Part shown: one piece after another, positions 46,885 through 56,185 of the stretch
Layout: every line of letters starts with the position of its first letter
How positions within the stretch are numbered: position 1 is the stretch's first letter
NCBI GenBank assembly: GCA_947258385.1
Contig: CAMYII010000039.1
Span: 19,723 to 83,722, forward strand
DNA: 64,000 bases
From: Acidiferrobacterales bacterium
GTDB lineage: Bacteria; Pseudomonadota; Gammaproteobacteria; Acidiferrobacterales; SZUA-150
Direction of reading: 5' to 3'
The notes under the pieces: model-generated
Database searches by the model: none
Told to the model about the DNA's origin: nothing
The model's input: only the letters and a program-made list of their open reading frames with translations
Translations under genes and position numbers: made by a program

Positions 46885-46912
46885 AGTGTAGTGGCTACAG
46901 GCAAAATCTCAA
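46885..46912 (-). promoter_or_regulatory. Candidate sigma-70 promoter for mgtE
   Basis: The minus strand reads TTGAGA - 16 nt - TACACT, ~35 nt upstream of the GTG start. A palindrome TGTAG-tgg-CTACA (46887-46899) overlaps the -10/spacer. Confidence 0.3.
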
Positions 46913-47231
46913 AGCGTCATCGCGTTAGACTCCCGCGGAATCGAGACTGCCAGATCCTAAAAGGATTTGCCACGAACAGGAGGAGGACGGACTCGGCGCG
47001 AGCGATGTCCGGTGGCGCAATGAGGCGGGCGACTGCCCGCGTTGCGCCGGGAACAGCCGAATCAGCGATGGCTGCGGGACATACTGCGAGGTGGGCTTGC
47101 ACGTACCGCCAGCCGGCTAGTGCTTTGGTTGGGCTAGCGTATGCGAGCGTTCGCGCTTTTTGGCCTCAGGCAACCCCCCAGTCTTACTGCTATGCCTACA
47201 ACGGCAACCCGATGTTATTGCTAAGTCTCGC

Positions 47232-48095
47232 TCAGGAAAGGATACGCCTGTGATCAATACTCGGCAGACTGTGGCGCACCGTTTCGAGGCGTTTGCGGTC
47301 CCACTCTGCAATTACGAGTCCCGAACCGCGCCCCAGGCGATCCAGAACGGTTCCCCATGGCCCGACAATCATGCTGTCGCCATGCGTTTCGCGTCCGTTC
47401 ACGTGATAACCCCCCTGGCCTGGTGCAATCACATAAGCCAGATTCTCAATAGCGCGCGCGCGTACCAGAACCTCCCAATGCGCCTTACCTGTGATTTCAG
47501 TGAATGCCGATGGCACCGAAAAGATCTCCGCCCCAAGATCCAGCATACGACGAAACAGCTCGGGAAATCGCAGATCATAGCATACCGCCATCCCAAGGTG
47601 CCCCCACGGCGTATCGGCAACCACCACGTCTTCGCCGGGCTCAAAACAATTGGACTCGTGGTACTCTTCACCCGTCCCTAACTTCACATCGAACAAATGA
47701 ATTTTGTCATAACGGGCGACACGCTCACCCTTATCATCAAATAACAGACTCACGGCGCGGACCTTACCAGGCTGCGTTGTTTTAAATGGTATAGTGCCGC
47801 CCACGATCCAAATACGGTGCTCGCGCGCCTGGGCCGCCAGAAAATCCTGTATTGGTCCGCTGCCGTCTTCCTCGGCCACCGCTACTCGGTCAGATTCCTT
47901 CATCGGCATCAACGCAAAATTCTCTGGCAAGACGATCAGATCAGCACCTGCCTCCACCGCCTGGCCGATGAGTCGTGCCGCCTCGTTTATGTTAGCGCTC
48001 ACCTGGGGTCCCGAGGCCATCTGTATGCCGGCGAATCGACTCACGCTACCACCCACTTCCCTGTATCTCAACTCTGATGATATCGATTTGCCCAA
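47232..48095 (-). CDS. Carbon-nitrogen hydrolase (nitrilase superfamily) protein
   Basis: CN-hydrolase motifs are present (LIVLPENF; GHLGMAVCYDLRFPELF with the catalytic Cys). The true start is probably a GTG near 48043 (VSRFAGIQM), just after the upstream gene's stop. Confidence 0.85.
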   Translation of the reverse strand: MGKSISSELRYREVGGSVSRFAGIQMASGPQVSANINEAARLIGQAVEAGADLIVLPENFALMPMKESDRVAVAEEDGSGPIQDFLAAQAREHRIWIVGGTIPFKTTQPGKVRAVSLLFDDKGERVARYDKIHLFDVKLGTGEEYHESNCFEPGEDVVVADTPWGHLGMAVCYDLRFPELFRRMLDLGAEIFSVPSAFTEITGKAHWEVLVRARAIENLAYVIAPGQGGYHVNGRETHGDSMIVGPWGTVLDRLGRGSGLVIAEWDRKRLETVRHSLPSIDHRRILS

Positions 48096-48378
48096 AATCA
48101 GGTTTCAACTGTATGCGCGCTGATGGCACACCGAGCGCTACCAGCCACGCACGCAACTCTTCTGCCCATAGCACTCCCTTTTCATCACCCGGGCAATGGA
48201 GAATCAACCGGCGGTCGCCGGCACGATCGAATTTGGCAAGCTGTTCATTCAGCGATGTTAGTCCTGTCACGTAGCTCCCACTGCGCGGTCTGGCCCATTG
48301 CTCGGCCGTAATCGTAATAGATTCGGCCAGACAGAACACGGGAAGGCAAAGCAACCCGAGCAGAGCCGCCCGGAACAT
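48046..48378 (-). CDS. Small exported hypothetical protein
   Basis: About 110 aa from the internal ATG, with a signal-peptide-like N-terminus MFRAALLGLLCLPVFCLA. It is wedged between yhdP and nit. I recognise no family. Confidence 0.5.
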   Translation of the reverse strand: MFRAALLGLLCLPVFCLAESITITAEQWARPRSGSYVTGLTSLNEQLAKFDRAGDRRLILHCPGDEKGVLWAEELRAWLVALGVPSARIQLKPDFGQIDIIRVEIQGSGW

Positions 48379-48441
48379 AATGTGGTAATTAGTCACTACT
48401 GGCCACAATCGGGCTAAAAAAGAAACAACCATAAAACACCT

Positions 48442-51400
48442 TTATCGCTGATCGGAGTCACTCTGAATTCCCTGCTCGCCAGACGGCGGCTTGCCCATCC
48501 GATTCACAACCGGATTGTCCCAGGCTCCCTTTACTGTATAGGTAATCCGGGTCCCTTTCGCAATCGGCTTTTTGAAAGCGTTCTTAATCAGAAGGATTAG
48601 CGCTCCCAACTGCGGCGCTCCAAGCCCCCAAGTGGCAATGGCGAGAGTATCCGCCAGGCTGGGATTCACACCGACAACCAAATCGTAGTCTTGTGAAATC
48701 AACCCGATCCTGCCGCTGATGTGTACATCGGCCGACGGACCTTTGATGACCATTTCATGGATATGGGCATTGCCGGTTTCGATTGCCACCTGCGATTTGA
48801 GCCTGTCGAAGACAAAACCCTTTCCGAAAAGCGGACTGAAATCCAATGTCATGTAGCGCCCGATGGCGCTGACGTCGAACAGACCCATGAGGCGGCCGGC
48901 GCCGGGCTCGAGCGTCAAAAAACGCCCATCCTTGGCCGAAATTCGGAGATTTCCGCTCAGATTGTCAAGGCCGAACCATGACCCACCTTTCCAGAAAAGC
49001 TCGGAACTGACCTCGACCCGGCCTGCGGCCACCTGGTCAGGGGAACCGATGGCCGCCAGCGTCTGTCCCATATCCTTACTTTTCATCCACCAGGAAAGCG
49101 ACGCAGCGTCCCTGCCCGCAATGCGTTGCCATTTCCCAGTGGCCGATAAGGTCATCTCCGGTCGCGACAGTCTCAGGCGTAACAGATCCCAACCAAGCGC
49201 CTGATGTTGCAGCAATAAATCCAATGTCCCGCCGTGCATGTCTCCCAAACGGAACGAATCGCTTTTCACCGACAAATTAGGCATCGCACGGGGATCGGAC
49301 ACGTCACTGGATTCGCGAAACGGCTCAAACGGTAATGCCAGCCGCTTGAGCTCCATTGTCACACTGTTCACTGGAGAATCGAAAATGACGCCTAAGGTTC
49401 CGGCAATGGCATCCCCCTCGATCGGCCCACCCCAGTTTTCACCGCTTCTTGCCAGATCGACACTGACGCTCCCGACCCGACGATCGAGCAGGTCAACAGC
49501 ACCGAAGTCACCGCTCATCCTGACCAGAAATTCGGGCAGCTCTGCGCCTTCGCCGGGCGACTCTTGCAGGGCGCGCAGCCAGGCATCGCCGTCGATCCGT
49601 TGGCTCTTTCCCTTTATATAGACTCCTGCTTGTCGCGGCGTATCTGCGATCGCCCGAGCCAACCCCAATTCGCCTCCCCAAAAGGCCCAATAATGCCGCT
49701 TCCATTCAAACGCAAGCTTTCCGTTCATGAGCTCGCCAAGACTCAAATCGAGCAGATGTAAATCCGGGCTTCCGGTCATGCTCTTGGTCGAAAACACCAG
49801 TGGCATGCCATACGGCTTTGTCAACGGCGGCGGCAGCTTTAACTGAAACCTTGTGAAATCCGCTTCTGATTGCACGTCGGATATTCGACCTGACCATCGC
49901 ACACTGCCGTGCCACGGGGCGGTGCCTTCGACATATGGCTCCATCCAGCGTCCGAACGCCCGGACCAAACCCCTGGCGGTCAGCACGCCATTTGCCGTGA
50001 CCAGTGTCTCGGTCCTGGAATGCTCGGGTGTCGACATCTCGACGGTCGCGGCGCCTCCAAGCATACGCCCGGTTAACAGGCCCTCTCTAATGCCAATCTC
50101 ATTAAAGACAACACTGCCCTGGATATCTTCGGCTTCCAGCTGCGCAAGGGGCAACTTCAACGCACCGTTATCCGTGCGGAAAGTACCGTTCATGCGCATA
50201 GTCGATGGTTCTGCAGCAAGAAAATTCATGTTGAGGCTGAGCCGCCCGCTACCCGCCCCGCGCAACGCAGGATCCAATATGTGGGCCCAGCCGCTTTCCG
50301 GTGTTGCGCTCTGACTATCGCGCAATACCTCCACTGCGCTATTGACAGGCCCAATCACCTCGCCGCTGATCTCGATCAGCTTGTCGCTGCCCTTACCCAA
50401 ATCCGCCCCGTGCACGACCACTCGTGCAACGTCCAATTCGCTTATCCGGGCCGTGGAAGCGGTGATCAGCATCTCGCTGCCACGAAAAAGGAGTATGGCG
50501 TCCGCTTGTTCAAGGGGCGCCCATTGCGGGAGATAATCGACAACGCCGTTCTCGATATACGCCTTGACCTCGAATCTACCGCCCCCATGCGTGAACGGAA
50601 ATTCCCGCACCTTGCCTTCGTATACGGCATGGCCCGACTTGATCTTCCCCGCAACGATAGAGCGATCGAGCCAGGCAAGCAGACCTTTTGGGGTGATGTT
50701 GACGGGGTAGTAACGGGAGGCGTGCCCGGCGTTGGCATCACGGAAATCTACGCGCATCTCCAGCACTGGCGACAATGACTTGTCATGCGGTAGCAGCAGA
50801 CGAAACCTTCCGGTTCCATTGGCATCTTCCGCGAAGACGCGCAAACCCTCGCCAGTCACCTCCCATGTCTCGGCCTTGTTCTCCCAGACAACACGGCCGG
50901 AAACCCGCCTGACATCCAACGGGCTGCGGAAAACGTGCGGCAGGATGGCGCTTGCCAAAAATGAGTCTATCGTCAACTCACCGGATTCCTTACTGACCAC
51001 CAGTCTCCCGCTAAGATTCCGAACACCCGGGAATTTGCGGAACTGTTGCACACCCACACCAACCAGGTCCGTTCGCAGCAGGAAATCCTTGGGCGCCCCC
51101 CAATGCCCCCGCAGTTCCAGATTGAAGTTTCGAAACACCCCCGTGGGATTGAGTTGTGCAACATAATCCAGTGCGGGGACATCCAGCCTGAAGATTTTGA
51201 GAAATGCCCCAGCGTCATCCAGATTCAGTCTTCTGACTTGTACTATGCTTTCATCAGGATGGTACTTCAACCGGAAATGCCCGGCGGTCCATGCCGGGCC
51301 GCGAAGGCCTAATGTCAGGTCAGTCATGTCGACCAGCCAGCCCTGCTGTTCTTGCTTCCAGGCAAAATTGGCGTCCATATGATTGACTAACAACGGGGCA

Positions 51401-52323
51401 TCGACGCCCGGGAGCGAGAAGCTCAGTTCAGCTACATTAATATATCCCTGCGCGGATCGCGGCCTTCCCTGTGAAAATTCTGAGAGCAGCTGCATGCTTA
51501 TCCCGCCGCCCAGTCCCGCCGGCAACCGCTCGCGTACAATCAGTGGCAAGCGATGTGGCTTGAAATCGACTGCGCGCACAAACAGGCGTCCCGTAAATCC
51601 GTTGTGCGCAAAAGGATAGCCGAGGGCGTCTACGACCATCGAACACTCGCCGCAAATGTCCGTCGGCAGTCTCGCATTTATCTCCAACCGGTAGCGGTCC
51701 GCAGAAGACTTCAGGCTTATCTTGATCTCGGAGATATGAATCGCCGCATTGGTGCCGACGTCTGCCCCCATGTGATCAAACCATTGCAGCTCGCCATTTT
51801 CGACGACCAGATTGTGCAGCTTGGACAACCATAGCGCGAGCGGCTTCTGCGGTGCACCCGGCCGGTATACGAGTGGCGCAAAGCCGACAATACGCAGATG
51901 GCCGTCGGCAAGCCTTTCTGCCGCCAGGCTTGGTTGCACAACCACTAGTTCGTCAACTTCCAGGCTCCCGTGCAGCAAAGGCAACAGGGCGAGACTGACA
52001 CGTACCTCCTTGAAACGCAAAGCAGGTGTCACGCTATCGGCTACATACACGCCAAGGCCATGAAGCTCGAGTCCAGGGTGCAGTCCATCCCAGTAAGTGT
52101 CCAATTTTTCAATACGGATTTGATAGGCGCTTATACTGCTGAGGTAACGCTCTATATCATCCTTTTTTTCAGCCAGGGCCGGCAGCCAGATGCGTGCGGC
52201 GCTAAATAAAATAGCCAATAAAACCAACGCTACGGCGCTGGCATACCATGCCCAACGACCGATAACGATAGTCCAGCGGCCGATATGGATTACATATTGA
52301 TGAAATCTGCTTCTGCGCTTCAT
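48442..52323 (-). CDS. yhdP: YhdP-family (AsmA-like) large envelope protein
   Basis: 1293 aa with an N-terminal TM. Conserved synteny with rng and maf, and an AsmA-like C-terminal region. Confidence 0.85.
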   Translation of the reverse strand: MKRRSRFHQYVIHIGRWTIVIGRWAWYASAVALVLLAILFSAARIWLPALAEKKDDIERYLSSISAYQIRIEKLDTYWDGLHPGLELHGLGVYVADSVTPALRFKEVRVSLALLPLLHGSLEVDELVVVQPSLAAERLADGHLRIVGFAPLVYRPGAPQKPLALWLSKLHNLVVENGELQWFDHMGADVGTNAAIHISEIKISLKSSADRYRLEINARLPTDICGECSMVVDALGYPFAHNGFTGRLFVRAVDFKPHRLPLIVRERLPAGLGGGISMQLLSEFSQGRPRSAQGYINVAELSFSLPGVDAPLLVNHMDANFAWKQEQQGWLVDMTDLTLGLRGPAWTAGHFRLKYHPDESIVQVRRLNLDDAGAFLKIFRLDVPALDYVAQLNPTGVFRNFNLELRGHWGAPKDFLLRTDLVGVGVQQFRKFPGVRNLSGRLVVSKESGELTIDSFLASAILPHVFRSPLDVRRVSGRVVWENKAETWEVTGEGLRVFAEDANGTGRFRLLLPHDKSLSPVLEMRVDFRDANAGHASRYYPVNITPKGLLAWLDRSIVAGKIKSGHAVYEGKVREFPFTHGGGRFEVKAYIENGVVDYLPQWAPLEQADAILLFRGSEMLITASTARISELDVARVVVHGADLGKGSDKLIEISGEVIGPVNSAVEVLRDSQSATPESGWAHILDPALRGAGSGRLSLNMNFLAAEPSTMRMNGTFRTDNGALKLPLAQLEAEDIQGSVVFNEIGIREGLLTGRMLGGAATVEMSTPEHSRTETLVTANGVLTARGLVRAFGRWMEPYVEGTAPWHGSVRWSGRISDVQSEADFTRFQLKLPPPLTKPYGMPLVFSTKSMTGSPDLHLLDLSLGELMNGKLAFEWKRHYWAFWGGELGLARAIADTPRQAGVYIKGKSQRIDGDAWLRALQESPGEGAELPEFLVRMSGDFGAVDLLDRRVGSVSVDLARSGENWGGPIEGDAIAGTLGVIFDSPVNSVTMELKRLALPFEPFRESSDVSDPRAMPNLSVKSDSFRLGDMHGGTLDLLLQHQALGWDLLRLRLSRPEMTLSATGKWQRIAGRDAASLSWWMKSKDMGQTLAAIGSPDQVAAGRVEVSSELFWKGGSWFGLDNLSGNLRISAKDGRFLTLEPGAGRLMGLFDVSAIGRYMTLDFSPLFGKGFVFDRLKSQVAIETGNAHIHEMVIKGPSADVHISGRIGLISQDYDLVVGVNPSLADTLAIATWGLGAPQLGALILLIKNAFKKPIAKGTRITYTVKGAWDNPVVNRMGKPPSGEQGIQSDSDQR

Positions 52324-52351
52324 TTTGAGTTGGAATACGCGGGCCGCGGGA

Positions 52352-53818
52352 TCACGTTAGTACCACGTCGAACTGCTCCTGGTGATAAAGCGGTTCAACC
52401 TGCAACTGCACCGGTTTGGAAATGAACTCCTGCAATTTCATCAACGCCGTTGCCTCTTCGTCCAACAGAAGATCTATAACGATCTGAGACGCGATAACAA
52501 GATAGTTGTCCGTATCAAACTGCCTTGCTTCGCGCAATATCTCGCGAAAGATCTCGTAACACACAGTCTGCGGGGTCTTGAGAATCCCGCGTCCCTCGCA
52601 TACGGAGCATGGTTCGCACAGCACATGCTCCAGACTTTCTCTTGTCCGCTTTCGAGTAATCTCAACGAGACCGAGCGGTGATATCTCAGTCAAATAAATC
52701 TTGGAGCGGTCTCGCGTTAGCGCCTTCTCGAGGGCGCGCATAACCTGGCGCTTATGATCCCCATTCACCATATCAATAAAATCGATAATAATGATGCCGC
52801 CGAGGTTACGCAGTCGTAACTGCCGCGCAATGGCTTGCGTCGCCTCAAGGTTGGTCTTATAAATAGTCTCCTCCAGATTCTTCCGGCCCACATACGCCCC
52901 GGTGTTCACGTCGATCGTGGCCATGGCCTCGGTCTGATCAATCACGAGATAACCAGTGGATTTCAACGGCACCTTGCGATCGAGAGCCCGTTGTATCTCC
53001 TCTTCAACTGAATACAAGTCGAAAATAGGCCGTTCTCCCGGATAATACTCGATTCGCTGTTCTAGCTCGGGGATGAACTCGTTGGCAAACTCAATCGCTT
53101 TACCGAATGATCCGCGGGAATCAATACGTATCTTCTCCACATCATCCCGAACCAGGTCACGCATCGCGCGAATGGCGAGCGACAGGTCTTCGTGTATTGA
53201 TGCCGGTGCTGGCACCGTCTTGATGCGCCCCTGAATCGAAGCCCATAGGCGACGCAAGTAACCGATATCATTAATCAGTTCCTTTTCCGTGGCGGTCTCC
53301 GCCATTGTACGCAGAATATAACCGCCTGCTTCGTCGTCATCGATAGCCGACACTATGATATCACGAAGCCGCTGACGCTCCGCTTCCTCTTCAATTTTCT
53401 GAGAGATACCGACGTGTTGGTTACCGGGAAGGTACACGAGGTAGCGTGCCGGCAAGGTGATGCTCATCGTTAACCGGGCGCCTTTTGTGCCGAGTGGGTC
53501 TTTTACCACCTGGACGATAACTTCCTCGCCATCGTGGAGCAATTCGTTTATAGAAGGCTGGTTAACGTTACTGGTGTTATTGACTCCTGCACATGGCCTG
53601 ACATCCCGCGCATGCAGAAAAGCCGCGCGTTCCAGACCTATATCGACGAATGCCGCCTGCATGCCGGGAAGAATTCGGATGATCTTGCCTTTGTAGATAT
53701 TGCCGACTATGCCGCGGTTATCGGTACGTTCAATGTGTACTTCCTGCAGGACGCCGTTTTCAACAACAGCCACGCGAGTTTCCTGTGGTGTCACATTGAT
53801 CAGAATTTCTTCACTCAT
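52352..53818 (-). CDS. rng: Ribonuclease G
   Basis: 488 aa with an S1 domain (GNIYKGKIIRILPGMQAAFVDIG) and an RNase E/G catalytic core. Confidence 0.95.
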   Translation of the reverse strand: MSEEILINVTPQETRVAVVENGVLQEVHIERTDNRGIVGNIYKGKIIRILPGMQAAFVDIGLERAAFLHARDVRPCAGVNNTSNVNQPSINELLHDGEEVIVQVVKDPLGTKGARLTMSITLPARYLVYLPGNQHVGISQKIEEEAERQRLRDIIVSAIDDDEAGGYILRTMAETATEKELINDIGYLRRLWASIQGRIKTVPAPASIHEDLSLAIRAMRDLVRDDVEKIRIDSRGSFGKAIEFANEFIPELEQRIEYYPGERPIFDLYSVEEEIQRALDRKVPLKSTGYLVIDQTEAMATIDVNTGAYVGRKNLEETIYKTNLEATQAIARQLRLRNLGGIIIIDFIDMVNGDHKRQVMRALEKALTRDRSKIYLTEISPLGLVEITRKRTRESLEHVLCEPCSVCEGRGILKTPQTVCYEIFREILREARQFDTDNYLVIASQIVIDLLLDEEATALMKLQEFISKPVQLQVEPLYHQEQFDVVLT

Positions 53819-54408
53819 TCCCGCAGTATGCCGTTGTTCTTCAGCACCTGAACCAGTTCATACAGAGGCAGACCGACAATACCCGAGTAGCTGCCCGCGA
53901 TATGTTGAATAAATGCCGCCGCCTGCCCTTGAATGGCATAGCCGCCGGCCTTATCCGCCGGTTCGCCCGTGTCCCAGTATTGCGAGATCTCTTTATCTGT
54001 TAACGGTCCGAAGGTTACCTGGCTGGTGTTGATCGCCGAATCTTCTGCCTCGCCGCAAAGCAGGACAATTGCCGACACCACGTCGTGGGTGCGACCGGAT
54101 AGACGCCGCAACATCCCCTCGCCGTCTTCCCGGTCGCGGGGCTTGCCAAAAATTATCCCGTCCAACGTCACACAGGTATCAGCGCCCAAAACCGCCAGCG
54201 GCGACAGGTGCGATGCTTGACAACGCCGCCGGACCTCAACCGCTTTGTCACGTGCCACGCGCAACACATAGTCAGCCGGTTTCTCGCCGGGCAGATTCTG
54301 CTCGTCAATCTGCGATACAATCACGTTAAATTCGACACCGATCTGACGCAACAATTCCTGTCTGCGCGGCGAAGCCGATGCCAGACAAAGTTTCAATTCA
54401 TGCCCCAA
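53815..54408 (-). CDS. maf: Maf-like nucleoside triphosphate pyrophosphatase
   Basis: 197 aa with the LASASPRRQELL motif and the C-terminal GAYGIQG-like GGYAIQG. Confidence 0.9.
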   Translation of the reverse strand: MGHELKLCLASASPRRQELLRQIGVEFNVIVSQIDEQNLPGEKPADYVLRVARDKAVEVRRRCQASHLSPLAVLGADTCVTLDGIIFGKPRDREDGEGMLRRLSGRTHDVVSAIVLLCGEAEDSAINTSQVTFGPLTDKEISQYWDTGEPADKAGGYAIQGQAAAFIQHIAGSYSGIVGLPLYELVQVLKNNGILRE

Positions 54409-54542
54409 GGATTAATATCCAGAATCCAAATGAAATGACATTACCATATTGATAGCATGATAAAAGTCGCCACAACATTCAAGTAGCCGCAGATGCACGG
54501 CAAAAACAGTTCTCATCCGGCTTTCGCGACGGATCGCGGCTT

Positions 54543-55010
54543 TTATCTGTGATATGGCCGGCGCTCGATAATGCTCCATGCGCGGTAAAGCTGCTCTGCG
54601 ACGACCACCCTGACAAGGGGGTGGGCAAGCGTGAGATCCGATAACGACCACGTTGCGTCCGCCCGCCGCAGACACCCCTCGGCCAACCCCTCCGGGCCAC
54701 CGACCAGCAACGCCACGTCCTCGCCTGAGGCCAGGCGGGACTGTATATCGGCCGCAAGCTGTTCGGTCGTCATCTGCTTACCGGTGCGCTCCAGGGCCAC
54801 CACCCAGCTACGCTCAGGGATCGCCGCCAGCAGTCTATCGCCTTCCTCTTTGACGAGCCGGCCGATATCGGCCCCCTTGCTGCGCTTGCCCGCCGGAATC
54901 TCCTGCAGGCTAAGCCGACAATGGGCCGGCAGCCGTTTACTGTATTCACGATAAGCTTCGTTGACCCACGGCGGCATGCGGGTACCGATGGCAATAAGGT
55001 GGATGACCAT
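54543..55010 (-). CDS. rlmH: 23S rRNA (pseudouridine1915-N3)-methyltransferase RlmH
   Basis: 155 aa SPOUT family protein (LLVGGPEGL...LSLSDLTLAHPLVRV...EQLYRAWSI). Confidence 0.95.
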   Translation of the reverse strand: MVIHLIAIGTRMPPWVNEAYREYSKRLPAHCRLSLQEIPAGKRSKGADIGRLVKEEGDRLLAAIPERSWVVALERTGKQMTTEQLAADIQSRLASGEDVALLVGGPEGLAEGCLRRADATWSLSDLTLAHPLVRVVVAEQLYRAWSIIERRPYHR

Positions 55011-55072
55011 GGCGGAGCCGTCTAGTTGGACAAGTCCCAGTCTTCGGATATCTGCCTACCAGAGAGGTATGC

Positions 55073-55420
55073 CTATTTCTCAACCGCCTTCGTCTGTCCG
55101 CTGTCGGTCCATAGTTTCTCCAGATTATAAAACTGACGAACATCCGGGCGCATGACATGGACCAGGACGTCGCCAAAATCCAGTAATACCCATTCCCCGG
55201 CCTCCCGGCCTTCCGTGCCGAGGGGTCGACATCCGTGCCGGCGCATTGCCTCTAGCACCTTGTCTGCCACCGAAGACACATGGCGATTAGACGTCCCGCT
55301 GGTGAGCACCATGTAATCTGTGACGTCCGAGATCCTCTGCACATCGAGCACACGGATATCGAGACCCTTGGCGTCGTCAACAGCCTGACATATGAGTTCT
55401 TGCATCTTTTTCGAGCGCAT
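55073..55420 (-). CDS. rsfS: Ribosomal silencing factor RsfS
   Basis: 115 aa with the DYMVLTSGTSNRHV...GEWVLLDFGDVLVHVM pattern. Confidence 0.9.
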   Translation of the reverse strand: MRSKKMQELICQAVDDAKGLDIRVLDVQRISDVTDYMVLTSGTSNRHVSSVADKVLEAMRRHGCRPLGTEGREAGEWVLLDFGDVLVHVMRPDVRQFYNLEKLWTDSGQTKAVEK

Positions 55421-55432
55421 TATTACCTCGTG

Positions 55433-56065
55433 TTACTTGCGATAGATTCCATGCTGGCAGATATAATCGAACTCCGCTGGCGGCAACCAATCGGCAACCG
55501 TATCGCCGTCGGCGATGACTTCTCGGATACGGGTAGCGGAGATATCCTGGGGCGTGACACGCAGAAAGAACAAAAACCCGCTGGTGGCCCGCGCCAGCTC
55601 GGCGACCTGCTGCACCAATGTTCCTCGCGCCCAAGCGGGCAACCCGCTATCGCTGTCAGGAATCGGCCAGCCCGGGCGGGGCATGACCACAAGATGCGCC
55701 AATTGTGGCAACTGCTGCCAACAATGCCAGGTTTCCAATTGCACAAAGGCGTCAGTACCCAGTAGCAAACACAGGGTGCGTTCGCCGAATTCCTCCCGCA
55801 TGGACATTAGCGTATCAACGGTGTAGGACGGCCCCGGTCGCCTGAGCTCCCGGTCATCGACAACAAAACCCGGCTCGTCCGCGACGGCGAGCTCGACCAT
55901 ACGCAAACGCTGCTCAGCGCTAGCAACGGGGGGTCGGCGATGAGGGGGGCGTGCAGCAGGCACAAATCTGACCTGTTCCAGTCCGAGCGTCACCAACGCC
56001 TCTTTGGCCGGCCGCAGGTGCCCATAATGGATGGGATCAAACGTACCTCCGAATACACCGATCAT
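55433..56065 (-). CDS. nadD: Nicotinate-nucleotide adenylyltransferase NadD
   Basis: GGTFDPIHYGH motif, 210 aa. Confidence 0.9.
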   Translation of the reverse strand: MIGVFGGTFDPIHYGHLRPAKEALVTLGLEQVRFVPAARPPHRRPPVASAEQRLRMVELAVADEPGFVVDDRELRRPGPSYTVDTLMSMREEFGERTLCLLLGTDAFVQLETWHCWQQLPQLAHLVVMPRPGWPIPDSDSGLPAWARGTLVQQVAELARATSGFLFFLRVTPQDISATRIREVIADGDTVADWLPPAEFDYICQHGIYRK

Positions 56066-56185
56066 ACGGGCAGGTGGCGATGCGCATATCGCCGGCCAAA
56101 TAGGTCTGCTCGCAACATCGTCACAGACCGCGGGTCTGAGCCGTCGCCTGCTACTGGCAGCCGGAAGGCCATCTGCACGGTATCG

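Noticed and set aside
46887-46899. Palindrome TGTAG-tgg-CTACA, considered as a GacA box for a Csr/Rsm-type sRNA
   Set aside because: The GacA upstream sequence, as I know it, is TGTAAG-N6-CTTACA. Here the half-site spacing is much shorter. The palindrome also overlaps the putative mgtE -10, so it is more simply an mgtE operator or a coincidence.
46913-47163. Tested the spacer by eye against RNase P RNA, 6S RNA, tmRNA, SRP RNA and M-box riboswitch signatures
   Set aside because: None of the conserved boxes I remember is present (for example GAGGAAAGTCCGGGC of RNase P, or the tmRNA 3' tRNA-like end). GAGGAGGACGGACTC is only superficially similar.
46822-47253. 143-aa plus-strand ORF spanning the whole mgtE-nit spacer
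   Set aside because: It starts inside mgtE on the opposite strand and ends inside nit. The product is Arg/Ala-rich without motifs. I treated the region as non-coding and structured instead.
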